DNA of 55,371 nucleotides from Thermoplasmatota archaeon (GTDB lineage Archaea > Thermoplasmatota > JAKEGO01): assembly GCA_028279595.1 (NCBI GenBank), contig JANQNK010000015.1, forward strand, positions 1 through 55,371, given 5' to 3'. Below the pieces are notes generated by a model. The model was not told where the DNA came from, made no database searches, and saw only the letters and a list, made by a program, of their open reading frames with translations. The translations under genes and the position numbers were made by a program. Shown here piece after piece: positions 28,724 through 38,661 of this stretch; positions within the stretch are counted from its first letter, which is position 1, and each line of letters begins with the position of its first letter.

Positions 28724-30019
28724 ATGCGACTCTGGATACTTGGTCTGGTGGTCATCGCAGCGTTGGCCATCATTGGGACAGCGGAAGCGGATGTTGTAGT
28801 GGACGACAACAACGGTACGTGGGCGGATTACGGCACCATAGGAGAGGCCCTTGCGGACGTCGGTTCCGGTGAGTACATCAACGTCTATGCAGGCACGTAC
28901 AACGAGAACCTCGTCGTGAACAAGACGGTATCGATATGGGGCAACAGCTCCTCGACGGTCATCGTCAACGGCGGAAGCGGCTTCGTGACGTTCAACGTCT
29001 CCGCTGCGAACGTGACGCTCGGCAACATGAACATCACGAGCTCCAGCTTCGGGATCCACCTTCAATGGGCGAACGACAGCGCCGTCTACCAGTGCATGGT
29101 CACCGACAACTATCGCATCGGGATCTACATCAACGACAGCAAGCGGGTCGGCGTCGTCGGATGCAATGTCAGCCACAACGGCGACGGGATATTCATCCGG
29201 AACTCGACCCACGTCGAGGTGAACGAGAGCTCGATCTGCAGGAACATGCGTGGTGGCGGCACCTGGAACGACGGGATCAGGTTCGACTCGCTTGTCGAGA
29301 ACTCCACTATCTGGGGGAACGACATCTACCGGAACGAATACGGCATCGATCTGGACGACCCCTACAACAACGAGCACTACTGGGACATCCTGTTCTCGAA
29401 CAACACCATCGTCGGCTCCAGCAGCAACAACATCTTCGTCGACAAGCTGAACCGTTCCGTCTTCAACCACAACTACGTGATCAAGTCCGGAAGCTACGGG
29501 GTATCGATATCCAACAGCAGGGTGCTCTCCTTCGGATGGAACAACATCAGGTACTGCACCAACTACGGCCTCCAGTCCATGGACTGCAGGAACGTCACCT
29601 TCGAGAACAACTCGGTGTTCTACAACTACGGCTCCGGGGTCAACCTCATAAGGGACGACAACTGGTCGATCGTGAGGAACGAGTTCAGGGGCAACGACGA
29701 CTACGGCCTCAGGATCAACTCCCCGAAGGTCAACTACGTCTATTACAACAATTTCAAGGAGAACAACGGCGTCGGGGTCCAGGGATACAATGCGGACGTC
29801 GCGAGCGTTTGGGACGACGGCGTGTCTGAGGGCAACTACTGGCACAACTCCACCGCCGACCCGTACGAGATGGACGGGAACGCGGACGCCGAGGACAGGT
29901 ACCCGCTCTCGAAACCGGTCGGCACGAGTGCGCCGGAGAAGGTAGCGGAGTTCGGACTGCTCCTGGCAGTGTCCATCGTGGCCTTCATGGCGATAGCCAT
30001 TAGGCGCAAACGTAGGTGA
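28724..30019 (+). CDS. Parallel beta-helix surface protein, PEF-CTERM type, array copy 6
   Basis: VVVDDNNGTWADY N-cap and APEKVAEF-TM-RRKRR tail. Confidence 0.88.
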   Translation: MRLWILGLVVIAALAIIGTAEADVVVDDNNGTWADYGTIGEALADVGSGEYINVYAGTYNENLVVNKTVSIWGNSSSTVIVNGGSGFVTFNVSAANVTLGNMNITSSSFGIHLQWANDSAVYQCMVTDNYRIGIYINDSKRVGVVGCNVSHNGDGIFIRNSTHVEVNESSICRNMRGGGTWNDGIRFDSLVENSTIWGNDIYRNEYGIDLDDPYNNEHYWDILFSNNTIVGSSSNNIFVDKLNRSVFNHNYVIKSGSYGVSISNSRVLSFGWNNIRYCTNYGLQSMDCRNVTFENNSVFYNYGSGVNLIRDDNWSIVRNEFRGNDDYGLRINSPKVNYVYYNNFKENNGVGVQGYNADVASVWDDGVSEGNYWHNSTADPYEMDGNADAEDRYPLSKPVGTSAPEKVAEFGLLLAVSIVAFMAIAIRRKRR

Positions 30020-30079
30020 ACGTTCCACGGAACGTATAAGAACGGGCCATTGCATTCGTTACCCAAAGGGGTGACTAGA

Positions 30080-31741
30080 ATGAGGATATCGATCGTAATG
30101 ATGATGGTAGTTGTGGCCTGTTCCCTTGCATTCACCACGGGAACGGTCGTCGGCGAGCTGATCGTCGACGATGACGACGTCTCTTTGAAATGGGCTGATC
30201 ACAACAACATAACGGCGGCGATGGATGCCTCGACCGAGGGGGAGGTAATCTACGTCTATGCCGGGTCATACAACGAGACGGTCCTCGTGAACAAGACGGT
30301 TAGCATCATCGGGAACGGGTCCGCGGACACCTTCGTGTTCTATGACACGTTAAGCGACATCATCCACATCGAATCCGACTGGGTGAACATCACCGGGCTC
30401 AATGTCTCGGGCTCCGAGGACAGTTCCGGGATCGACATCCGGGGACAGTACTCCACGGTGGACAACTGCACGATCCATGACAGCGATGAGGGTATCAGAC
30501 CTGCAGCGAGCTACGTCACCATAGACAACTGCACGATATACGATTGTGGTTACGGAACATTCAGCGCATACACTCCATATGTCACGATCAATTGGTGCAC
30601 ATTCTGGGATATACCCAGCTACGAGGCGATCAATGGCTACAGGAGCAGTTCCATGACCCTGTTGAACAACACCTTCATCGACTCCTCCATAGATCTCGGG
30701 GGTTGGCTCCCCAGTGACTACGACAGCCACGAGATATGGGATTGCACGGTGAACGGCGATCCGGTCTACTACCTAGCGAACACCAACGGCCACACCGTAC
30801 CATCCGGTACCTACGGTCAGGTCATCCTCGGGGACTGCGACGACGTCAGGATGGACGACGTGACGATATCCGATGCCGGGAACGGCATGTTGATCGCCTT
30901 CTGCAACGATGCCCATCTCAGCAATGTCACCCTTCGGAACCTTAGCCAGGGAATGTACCTGCGATATTCGGACGGATCCCTCATCGAGGACTTCACGATA
31001 GACGGTATCTGGGAGAACGGAATGTACATCGACTACTGCGAGGACATCGAGATCGCGAGGATCAACGGGACCAACACCGGCAATGACCGCTGTCTGTACA
31101 TACTCGCGAACAACCAGGATGTCCTGATCAGGGACTCCGTTTTCACGGGATTCTCGTACGCCATCTACTCGTTCGCCACGAACCACACCTACAGGAACAT
31201 AACGTTCAAGGACAACAACCTGGCAATATACCTCAGGAACTCGCTCCTTGTCAACATATCCATGTGCCTGTTCTCGGGCGACAACGGCGACATCTACTTC
31301 CGCGATTCGGACACGGCGACCATATTCAACAATACGATGAAGAACGCCACTGGTTATTCCGTCCGACTGGAGAGCAGCTGGAACATAACACTGACCCACA
31401 ACGAGATGATGGGCGCGGACTCCTATGCCATCCGGATGGACGGGACCTCGGGGAACAACTCGGTCCACCACAACAACTTCCTCGATAACTCCGGATCATC
31501 ATCGCAGTGCTATGACATGAACGGGAACAGCTCGTGGGACGACGGTGCCGAGGGGAACTGGTGGTCCGACTGGGGCGGATCAGGCAACTACACCATCGAC
31601 GGGTCCACTGCGGCTGACGAGTACCCCCTTGACGATCCTGTGGCTACCAGCGCCCCGGAGAAGGTTCCCGAGCTCGGACTGCTCGTCGCATTGTCGATGG
31701 TCGCGTTCATGGTCATCGCCATCAGGCGCCGGCGCCGCTGA
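30080..31741 (+). CDS. Parallel beta-helix surface protein, PEF-CTERM type, array copy 7
   Basis: LIVDDDD..WADH N-cap, CTVNGDPVYY insert and APEKVPEL-TM-RRRRR tail. Confidence 0.88.
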   Translation: MRISIVMMMVVVACSLAFTTGTVVGELIVDDDDVSLKWADHNNITAAMDASTEGEVIYVYAGSYNETVLVNKTVSIIGNGSADTFVFYDTLSDIIHIESDWVNITGLNVSGSEDSSGIDIRGQYSTVDNCTIHDSDEGIRPAASYVTIDNCTIYDCGYGTFSAYTPYVTINWCTFWDIPSYEAINGYRSSSMTLLNNTFIDSSIDLGGWLPSDYDSHEIWDCTVNGDPVYYLANTNGHTVPSGTYGQVILGDCDDVRMDDVTISDAGNGMLIAFCNDAHLSNVTLRNLSQGMYLRYSDGSLIEDFTIDGIWENGMYIDYCEDIEIARINGTNTGNDRCLYILANNQDVLIRDSVFTGFSYAIYSFATNHTYRNITFKDNNLAIYLRNSLLVNISMCLFSGDNGDIYFRDSDTATIFNNTMKNATGYSVRLESSWNITLTHNEMMGADSYAIRMDGTSGNNSVHHNNFLDNSGSSSQCYDMNGNSSWDDGAEGNWWSDWGGSGNYTIDGSTAADEYPLDDPVATSAPEKVPELGLLVALSMVAFMVIAIRRRRR

Positions 31742-31799
31742 ACCCATCACGGAACCTATAATAACTGGCCAGTACATTCGGTCACCAAGGGTGACGTGA

Positions 31800-34700
31800 A
31801 TGAGGGTAGCGACCGTACTGATGATGATAGTGATAGCCTGTGCGTTGACAGTCATGGCGGGATCCGCTTCGGCGGCAGACATAATCGTCGACGATGACTG
31901 GGGGGGCGCCGACCACTCCGACATCCAGGACGCGATCGACGCTGCGACGGCCGGGGACAACATACTGATATACGAGGGCCAGTACAACGAGCACGTCCTG
32001 GTGAACAAGTCCGTGAACCTGGTGGGCAACGGGACCGACGAATCCGTCGTGTACGGATTCTACAGCTTCGGGGACACCATCCGGGTCACTGAGAGCTATG
32101 TGAACATATCTGGCCTGAACATCACCGCCAGCGGGACGGACTCCTGGGACGCGGGCATCGAGGTGTACTACTCCGAATACGTGAACGTATGGGACTGCCT
32201 CTTCTACGACGACTACTGGTCCGTCCTTCTGACACTTTCCAACTTCGTGAACATCACGGACTGTGACATGTTCAACAATTCCGACGGGATGCGCGTCTAC
32301 GGGTCTACGAACGTCACCGTCAAGGGATGCAACATCACAGGGAACGATTACTACGGGATCTATGTCTATCAGGGTTCCGAGCATTGCGTCTTCGCCGACA
32401 ACGACCTCAGTCTCAACAACAGGATAAAGGGGTACAGCTACGATGGGTTCAGGATCCATGCGAGCTCCAACATCACGGTCAGGAACAACCGGATGAACAG
32501 GACCCACATGCACCTTCTCCGGATAACTGCGAGCCGTGAGTGTCACGTGTACGATAACTACTTCATCAAAGCGCGCGGAAAGAACGACGACCACGCAGCG
32601 GTCGAGATCAAGAGGTCCAACAATGGAACGTTCTACTACAACAACATCTCGGAATGCGTCAAGCAGGGACTGCGGATGGAGAGGTGCGACCATTACTACG
32701 TCTACATCAACACCGTCATGGATGCCTATGAATTGCCCTTCTACATCTTCGACTCGGTCGACGTCTCCGTGTCGGCCAACTGGGTCTCGGACAACTACCG
32801 GGCCGGCATAACCCTCGTCAATGTCACAGAGCTGGACGTCATTGCGAACACTGTCAAGCGGAACAACGGCAACGGTCTCACGGTGAGGATGTCGGATGAT
32901 GCACTGGTGCAATGGAACGAGGTGCACCACAATTACGTGTCTGGGATCCTCCTGTGGCAGGCCAACAACTCGACCGTACTGAAGAACAACGCCACGTACA
33001 ACAACCAATACGCTCTTTTGCAGGCGAACAACGCCGGGATAACGCTCCGCAATTCCACCTGGAACAACGTCTCGGGCAACTACGTGAGCAACAATCCGAA
33101 ACAGGGCGTCTATCTCTTCCAGGGTGCCGAGAACAACACCCTGTACAACAACGACGTCGTCTTCAATTGCGGTGGGGACGCCGGCATCTTCGTGAACTGG
33201 TGTCCGAACACCACGATCATGAACAACAACGTCTCCAACAGCACTGGCGACGGGATCCAGCTCTTCGGCTCCGAGTACAGCACGATCACCGGGAACACGA
33301 TCAACGGCAACAACATGAACGCCACGCAGACCGCTGGAATGGTCGTCACGAACAGCGACTACGTCTACGTCGCCGACAACGAGATCTCCTGGAACAGCGG
33401 CCGGGGATTCACCATCGAGACGAGCGACATGGCCAACGTCTCCCGCAACGAGATACACAACAACACCGAGCGGGGTCTCTATCTCTACTTCAGCGACAAC
33501 ATCACGGCCGTGGACAATAACATCACGGGCAACGGTTACGAAGGGATCTACGTGGTCGAGTGCATGTCAGCAGAGGTCTTCGGGAACGATATCGTCCTTA
33601 ACAACCAGGACGATGCGGCTCCATGGAGCCACGCCGGCCTCTACCTCTACGACACCGACTACGTGAACGTCTCCAAGAACTACGTCCGCGGCAATCCCTA
33701 CTACGGTGTCCGTGTCAACAACGCCTACCACAACGAATTCTTCAATAATACCATAGTCTTCAACTGCGGAGGTCACTCCGGGATATACCTCTTCACCGCT
33801 GATTACACGGAGATCTGGTACAACAACATCTCCAACAACACCGGGGACGGGATCGAGATCAGTACGTCCGACCACCTGGAGATACACAGGAACAGGATCA
33901 ACGGGAACAACAGGGGAGGGGACGGTTCAGGCGGTATCATGGTAAGCAATTGCGACCGCGTCAGCATCTTCTACAACGAGATATCGGACAATTACGAGAA
34001 CGGGGTGAGGACGTCTTCTGCCGACAACGTTAACCTCCGTCACAATGAGATACACAACAATGAGTGGACTGGCGTCTACGGTTGGTACTCCGACTATCTG
34101 TGGGTGGTGTTCTGCAACATCACCGGCCACAACGAATCGGGACTCTACCTGGGTCACTGCGACTCCCCATACATCGCGGACAATCACGTGGCCGACAACA
34201 ACAATGGGCCGACCCCCGAGGACCATGCGGGGATATACATCGAGGACGGCAGCGATGGCCACTACGGCGGGAACGATCTCTACAGGAACATGGAGTACGG
34301 CTTCTACATCACCGAGACCGACAACGCCTCGGCCAACAACAACATCGTCAAGTATACCAACGGCAGCGGAGCCGGTGTCTACCTGAATGAGAACGACAAC
34401 CTCACGGTATCCTGGAACGTCATAAAGCTCAACAGGATCCACGGAATAAGAATTGAGGAGGGAAAGTTCTGTCGCTATCACAACAACACGATCGACGAGA
34501 ACGGCCGTCCCGGGTGGTGGTATGCCGGCGTCTCGACCAGTAGGTGCAACAACGCGACATGGGAGAACAATACGATCATCAACAATCACGGGAATGCACT
34601 CAACTTCTCCCCTGGATTCTATATCACGATCGAGAACAACATACTCACCGACAACACCCATTACGGAATAATCTACAGCGAGAGCGACGTCTTCGTCATC

Positions 34701-35114
34701 TCGAACAATACGATCGCGAGGAATGGATGGAGCATCCGTTTGTATAAATCCAACAATTCGGTCATAACATACAACGAGATCTTCTACAATGAAAATCACG
34801 GCGTTTACATACGCAGTGGCAGCTGGAACTACGTCCACCACAACAACTTCTACGGTAACGGGAACTTCACATCCCAGGGCTACGACAATGGAACGAACAA
34901 CATATGGGACAACGGCATCGACGAGGGCAATTACTGGGACGACTGGAGCGGCAACGGGACCTATCCGATCGACGGGAGTGCTGGAGCCGAGGACAGGTAT
35001 CCGCTCGGGAACGCGACTAACAACAACGCTCCGGAAAAGGTACCGGAACTCGGACTGCTCCTATCGATCTCGATGATCCTGGTAGCAGCCGTGATCGTAC
35101 GCAGACGTTTCTAG
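31800..35114 (+). CDS. Large parallel beta-helix surface protein, PEF-CTERM type, array copy 8
   Basis: IIVDDDWGGADH..IQDAI N-cap, a long PbH1 run with an internal ~199-aa duplication, and APEKVPEL-TM-RRRF tail. Confidence 0.9.
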   Translation: MRVATVLMMIVIACALTVMAGSASAADIIVDDDWGGADHSDIQDAIDAATAGDNILIYEGQYNEHVLVNKSVNLVGNGTDESVVYGFYSFGDTIRVTESYVNISGLNITASGTDSWDAGIEVYYSEYVNVWDCLFYDDYWSVLLTLSNFVNITDCDMFNNSDGMRVYGSTNVTVKGCNITGNDYYGIYVYQGSEHCVFADNDLSLNNRIKGYSYDGFRIHASSNITVRNNRMNRTHMHLLRITASRECHVYDNYFIKARGKNDDHAAVEIKRSNNGTFYYNNISECVKQGLRMERCDHYYVYINTVMDAYELPFYIFDSVDVSVSANWVSDNYRAGITLVNVTELDVIANTVKRNNGNGLTVRMSDDALVQWNEVHHNYVSGILLWQANNSTVLKNNATYNNQYALLQANNAGITLRNSTWNNVSGNYVSNNPKQGVYLFQGAENNTLYNNDVVFNCGGDAGIFVNWCPNTTIMNNNVSNSTGDGIQLFGSEYSTITGNTINGNNMNATQTAGMVVTNSDYVYVADNEISWNSGRGFTIETSDMANVSRNEIHNNTERGLYLYFSDNITAVDNNITGNGYEGIYVVECMSAEVFGNDIVLNNQDDAAPWSHAGLYLYDTDYVNVSKNYVRGNPYYGVRVNNAYHNEFFNNTIVFNCGGHSGIYLFTADYTEIWYNNISNNTGDGIEISTSDHLEIHRNRINGNNRGGDGSGGIMVSNCDRVSIFYNEISDNYENGVRTSSADNVNLRHNEIHNNEWTGVYGWYSDYLWVVFCNITGHNESGLYLGHCDSPYIADNHVADNNNGPTPEDHAGIYIEDGSDGHYGGNDLYRNMEYGFYITETDNASANNNIVKYTNGSGAGVYLNENDNLTVSWNVIKLNRIHGIRIEEGKFCRYHNNTIDENGRPGWWYAGVSTSRCNNATWENNTIINNHGNALNFSPGFYITIENNILTDNTHYGIIYSESDVFVISNNTIARNGWSIRLYKSNNSVITYNEIFYNENHGVYIRSGSWNYVHHNNFYGNGNFTSQGYDNGTNNIWDNGIDEGNYWDDWSGNGTYPIDGSAGAEDRYPLGNATNNNAPEKVPELGLLLSISMILVAAVIVRRRF

Positions 35115-35208
35115 GGCGAACACTGGGGCATCGCTGAGTCAGCACGAGTGGTATAGCTTTACCCAAATACCTTAATATCACGGATGACATTCGAAAACGG
35201 TGCTCTAC

Positions 35209-36870
35209 ATGCTGCGGGGAATCATATATGGAATGGTAATGCTGGCAGTCGTCACGTTGGTCCTCGGCCCTGTCCATGGGGATGACTGGATCGTCGACGA
35301 CGACGCCGGGACATGGAGAACGCATCACACGATCCAGGACGCCATCAACCAGTCCTCGGCAGGGGACAACATAAGCGTCTATGCCGGCACGTACAACGAG
35401 GACGTCGTCGTGAACCAGACCGTCAGGATCATCGGGAACGGGTCCGGAGAGACGGTCATCAACGGATCTGCATGGGCGACCGCTGTCTTGATATCCGTCA
35501 ATCATGTCAACATCACGGGCGTATCCATCAACGCGACCCCGTTCACGTACGGGATCGATGTCGACGGCCACTACGTCACCGTGGACAACGGCAGCATCAC
35601 GAACTGCAGCACCGGCATCCACTCCTCGGCGATCTACGGGCGGTTCGACAACCTCACCATCTCCGATTGCGAATACGGAGCCTATTACGATTTCCTGTCG
35701 GGATGGCATTACATGCGGGAGTGCACCTTTGACAACATGTTGACGGCCAGTATCAGTATGTACTACTCGGAGAACAACATCTTCCGCGAGTGCGTGTTCG
35801 CCGAGAAGGGGGTCGAGATAGGCGGGGGTTCCGTGGATTACTTCGAGCATCACACGATCCACAATTGCAGGATTGCCGGTCCTGGATGGAAGGCCGTCGT
35901 CTACGACGATATGGGCGATAACTTCACGTTCCAGCGCGACGACAACATTGGTCAGCTCATTCTTGTGAACGTCGACAACGTGACCATCGAGAACACCGAT
36001 TTCGAGACGGGAGGATGGCCGATCGTCCTGGCCTACAGCAAGAACATCGAGATCAGGAACATGACGATTACCAACGCCACCAATGGCTACACCATAATGA
36101 ACTCCAACAATGTCACCTTTCAGAACGTGAGCATCTCGGGGATGTCGGGTTCATCGATCTATGCCGAGGGATCACCGAACTGCGTACTAGATGGAGTTAA
36201 CGTGACCGACTGTGAATACGGGTTCTGGACCACGAACGGTGGCGGTTACTCAACGTTGTCGTACTTCAACGTCACCGACACCTATCGGCCAATCCATTGC
36301 TTCGATCCATATGTCACGGTCGAGAACTCCACGTTCACCGATTGTCAGAGTCCGGTATACGTCTATGACCACAACTTCACCATGCGGCACTGTCTCATCA
36401 ACGGAACCAGTTCGTCGGGGTGCTATCTCCGGTCGAGCTACTCCCTTTACGAGAACAACACGTTCCGCGATATCGGGACCTATGGCTTCTTCATGACCGA
36501 TCCGGTCACCCGTGGGAACGTCATCATCTACAACGAGATCTTCAACACCAACAATTACGCGATATGGATGCGGTCCGGCGCCAACAACAACACGGTCCAT
36601 CACAACAACTTCGCGAACAACGACCGGGACCCGCAGTGCAGCGATGACGGCGTCGACAACATGTGGGACGACGGAGCGGAAGGAAACTACTGGGACGACT
36701 GGAACGGGACCGGCAACTACACACTGGACGGCTCGGCCAAGAGTGCGGACGAGCATCCGCTCGGTGATCCCGAGGACACCAGTGCTCCGGAAAAGGTACC
36801 GGAACTACACGTGATGGCATCTATGATTGGCCTCCTCGGCGCCGTCTTCATCCTCCGGAGACGTCGCTGA
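35209..36870 (+). CDS. Parallel beta-helix surface protein, PEF-CTERM type, array copy 9
   Basis: WIVDDDAGTW..IQDAI N-cap and APEKVPEL-TM-RRRR tail. Confidence 0.88.
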   Translation: MLRGIIYGMVMLAVVTLVLGPVHGDDWIVDDDAGTWRTHHTIQDAINQSSAGDNISVYAGTYNEDVVVNQTVRIIGNGSGETVINGSAWATAVLISVNHVNITGVSINATPFTYGIDVDGHYVTVDNGSITNCSTGIHSSAIYGRFDNLTISDCEYGAYYDFLSGWHYMRECTFDNMLTASISMYYSENNIFRECVFAEKGVEIGGGSVDYFEHHTIHNCRIAGPGWKAVVYDDMGDNFTFQRDDNIGQLILVNVDNVTIENTDFETGGWPIVLAYSKNIEIRNMTITNATNGYTIMNSNNVTFQNVSISGMSGSSIYAEGSPNCVLDGVNVTDCEYGFWTTNGGGYSTLSYFNVTDTYRPIHCFDPYVTVENSTFTDCQSPVYVYDHNFTMRHCLINGTSSSGCYLRSSYSLYENNTFRDIGTYGFFMTDPVTRGNVIIYNEIFNTNNYAIWMRSGANNNTVHHNNFANNDRDPQCSDDGVDNMWDDGAEGNYWDDWNGTGNYTLDGSAKSADEHPLGDPEDTSAPEKVPELHVMASMIGLLGAVFILRRRR

Positions 36871-36922
36871 CCTCCCAATATCGCTAAATATCGGCATGCC
36901 GTTGCCGCTACCAGTGGTGCAA

Positions 36923-38593
36923 ATGTTCAGGCTACTGGCGATCATCGGGATCATCGCAACGATCATCGTTCTCATCGCTCCAGCGGGAGCCAAGGTCTAC
37001 ACGGTCGACGACGACTGGGCGGGCGCGGACTTCTCTTCTGTCTGGGGTGCCGTTGACTACGTCAATACACAGGAGGAGAACAACGTCACCCTCCGGGTCC
37101 ACGCCGGTTGGTACAACGAGACCTCCGTCGTGGAATGGCCCATGTCGATAATCGGCAACGGTTCCGACGAGACGATCGTGAGGGGATACGACAACGACGC
37201 GACCTTCGATGTGGACGCCGACGAGGTAAGGATCGAACACATGAACGTCTCGAGGATGGACGACGACGAGGTGGCCCTGCAGCTGCGTGGTCAGGGGATC
37301 AATGTCACCAACTGTTCGATCTCGGGCAAGGACGATGAGATAGTGAACTGCTGGGGCGTCGATTACCTCACGATGGACAACTGCACCTTCGATCACGGCG
37401 AGGAGGGGATCCGGCTGTGGAGGTCGAAGGAGGTAGCCATCAAGGAATGTTCCTTCGTGAACATCTCGAGGGCGGGCATCCGGCTTTTCGAGGTCCGCAG
37501 GTCACACTTCCTCAACTCCACTTTCGACGGTAACGGGTTCATGATACACGGTACTGAACCGTCGCATCACCGGTCCCACGTGATCGACAACTGCACCATC
37601 GACGGCGATCCGATAGTGTACCATGCAAGGAAGCATGGGATCACGGTCCTCGGGTCGGCCGGACAGCTCATCCTGGGGGACTGCACCGACGTGACCGTTG
37701 ACGGATTCAGCTCCGACGCCGGTTCCATCGGGATCATGGTCTCCGGCTGCACCAATACCTCGATCGTCGATTCCAGTATCACCGCTTCCTACACCGACGT
37801 CTACATCTCGGATTCGACGTGGTGCAACGTCAGCGAGAGTCAAATGACATCCGCATCGATCGGAGTGACCATCAGGGACAGCCACAACTGCACGGTCCAG
37901 AACATCACCCTGAACGGGACCATATGGGGGACCGGCGTTTACATCCTCGAGCATTGCTGGAACAATGTGATCGCTGACTCGACGTTCGCATCCGTCTACT
38001 CGGGCGTCGACACAAACGGAAACGGTACGCTCGTCCGGAACTGCTCCGTCGCATGGGGCAGGTACGGTGTCAGGATCGAGGAGACCCGCGGCGCACTGGT
38101 GACGGGATGCAACATCAGCAGGGTCGACCGCGGGATCAGGATCGACGAGTCCCGGCTCAATCGGATCGAGAACTGCAGCGTCCATCACTGTTCCGAATAC
38201 GGTATCGGCGTGGACGATTCCGACAACACCACGATAGTCTACAACGAGTTCTTCATGAACGACGGTCCGAGCGTTTACATCAACTACCCGCTCGGAATGC
38301 ATTTCATCCACCACAACAACTTCCACAACGGCAGCGGTTCAGGGAACATGACACACGACGAGACCTCGTATTCCGTATGGGACGATGGTGTGTCCGAGGG
38401 CAACCACTTCTCGGACTGGAACGGTTCCGGACCGTACACGATCGGCGGGCCAGGGGGAAGGGAGGACAGGTATCCCTTGGGGAGTCCGGTCGACAATGAC
38501 GCTCCGGAGAAGGTCCCGGAGTTCGGAGTGCTCATCTCGGTCTGTCTGGTCGCATTCGCGGTGTTGCTCATCCGTAGGCGAAGGGTCCGCTGA
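36923..38593 (+). CDS. Parallel beta-helix surface protein, PEF-CTERM, array copy 10
   Basis: TVDDDWAGADF N-cap and APEKVPEF-TM-RRRRVR tail. The start is MFRLL at 36923; the track start of 36827 overlaps copy 9. Confidence 0.88.
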   Translation: MFRLLAIIGIIATIIVLIAPAGAKVYTVDDDWAGADFSSVWGAVDYVNTQEENNVTLRVHAGWYNETSVVEWPMSIIGNGSDETIVRGYDNDATFDVDADEVRIEHMNVSRMDDDEVALQLRGQGINVTNCSISGKDDEIVNCWGVDYLTMDNCTFDHGEEGIRLWRSKEVAIKECSFVNISRAGIRLFEVRRSHFLNSTFDGNGFMIHGTEPSHHRSHVIDNCTIDGDPIVYHARKHGITVLGSAGQLILGDCTDVTVDGFSSDAGSIGIMVSGCTNTSIVDSSITASYTDVYISDSTWCNVSESQMTSASIGVTIRDSHNCTVQNITLNGTIWGTGVYILEHCWNNVIADSTFASVYSGVDTNGNGTLVRNCSVAWGRYGVRIEETRGALVTGCNISRVDRGIRIDESRLNRIENCSVHHCSEYGIGVDDSDNTTIVYNEFFMNDGPSVYINYPLGMHFIHHNNFHNGSGSGNMTHDETSYSVWDDGVSEGNHFSDWNGSGPYTIGGPGGREDRYPLGSPVDNDAPEKVPEFGVLISVCLVAFAVLLIRRRRVR

Positions 38594-38661
38594 TCCTCGG
38601 AAGCGAGAACTCTCCCAAAAAGGATAAATAATCTCATCCCATTCGATAGGCGGGTGTGACC

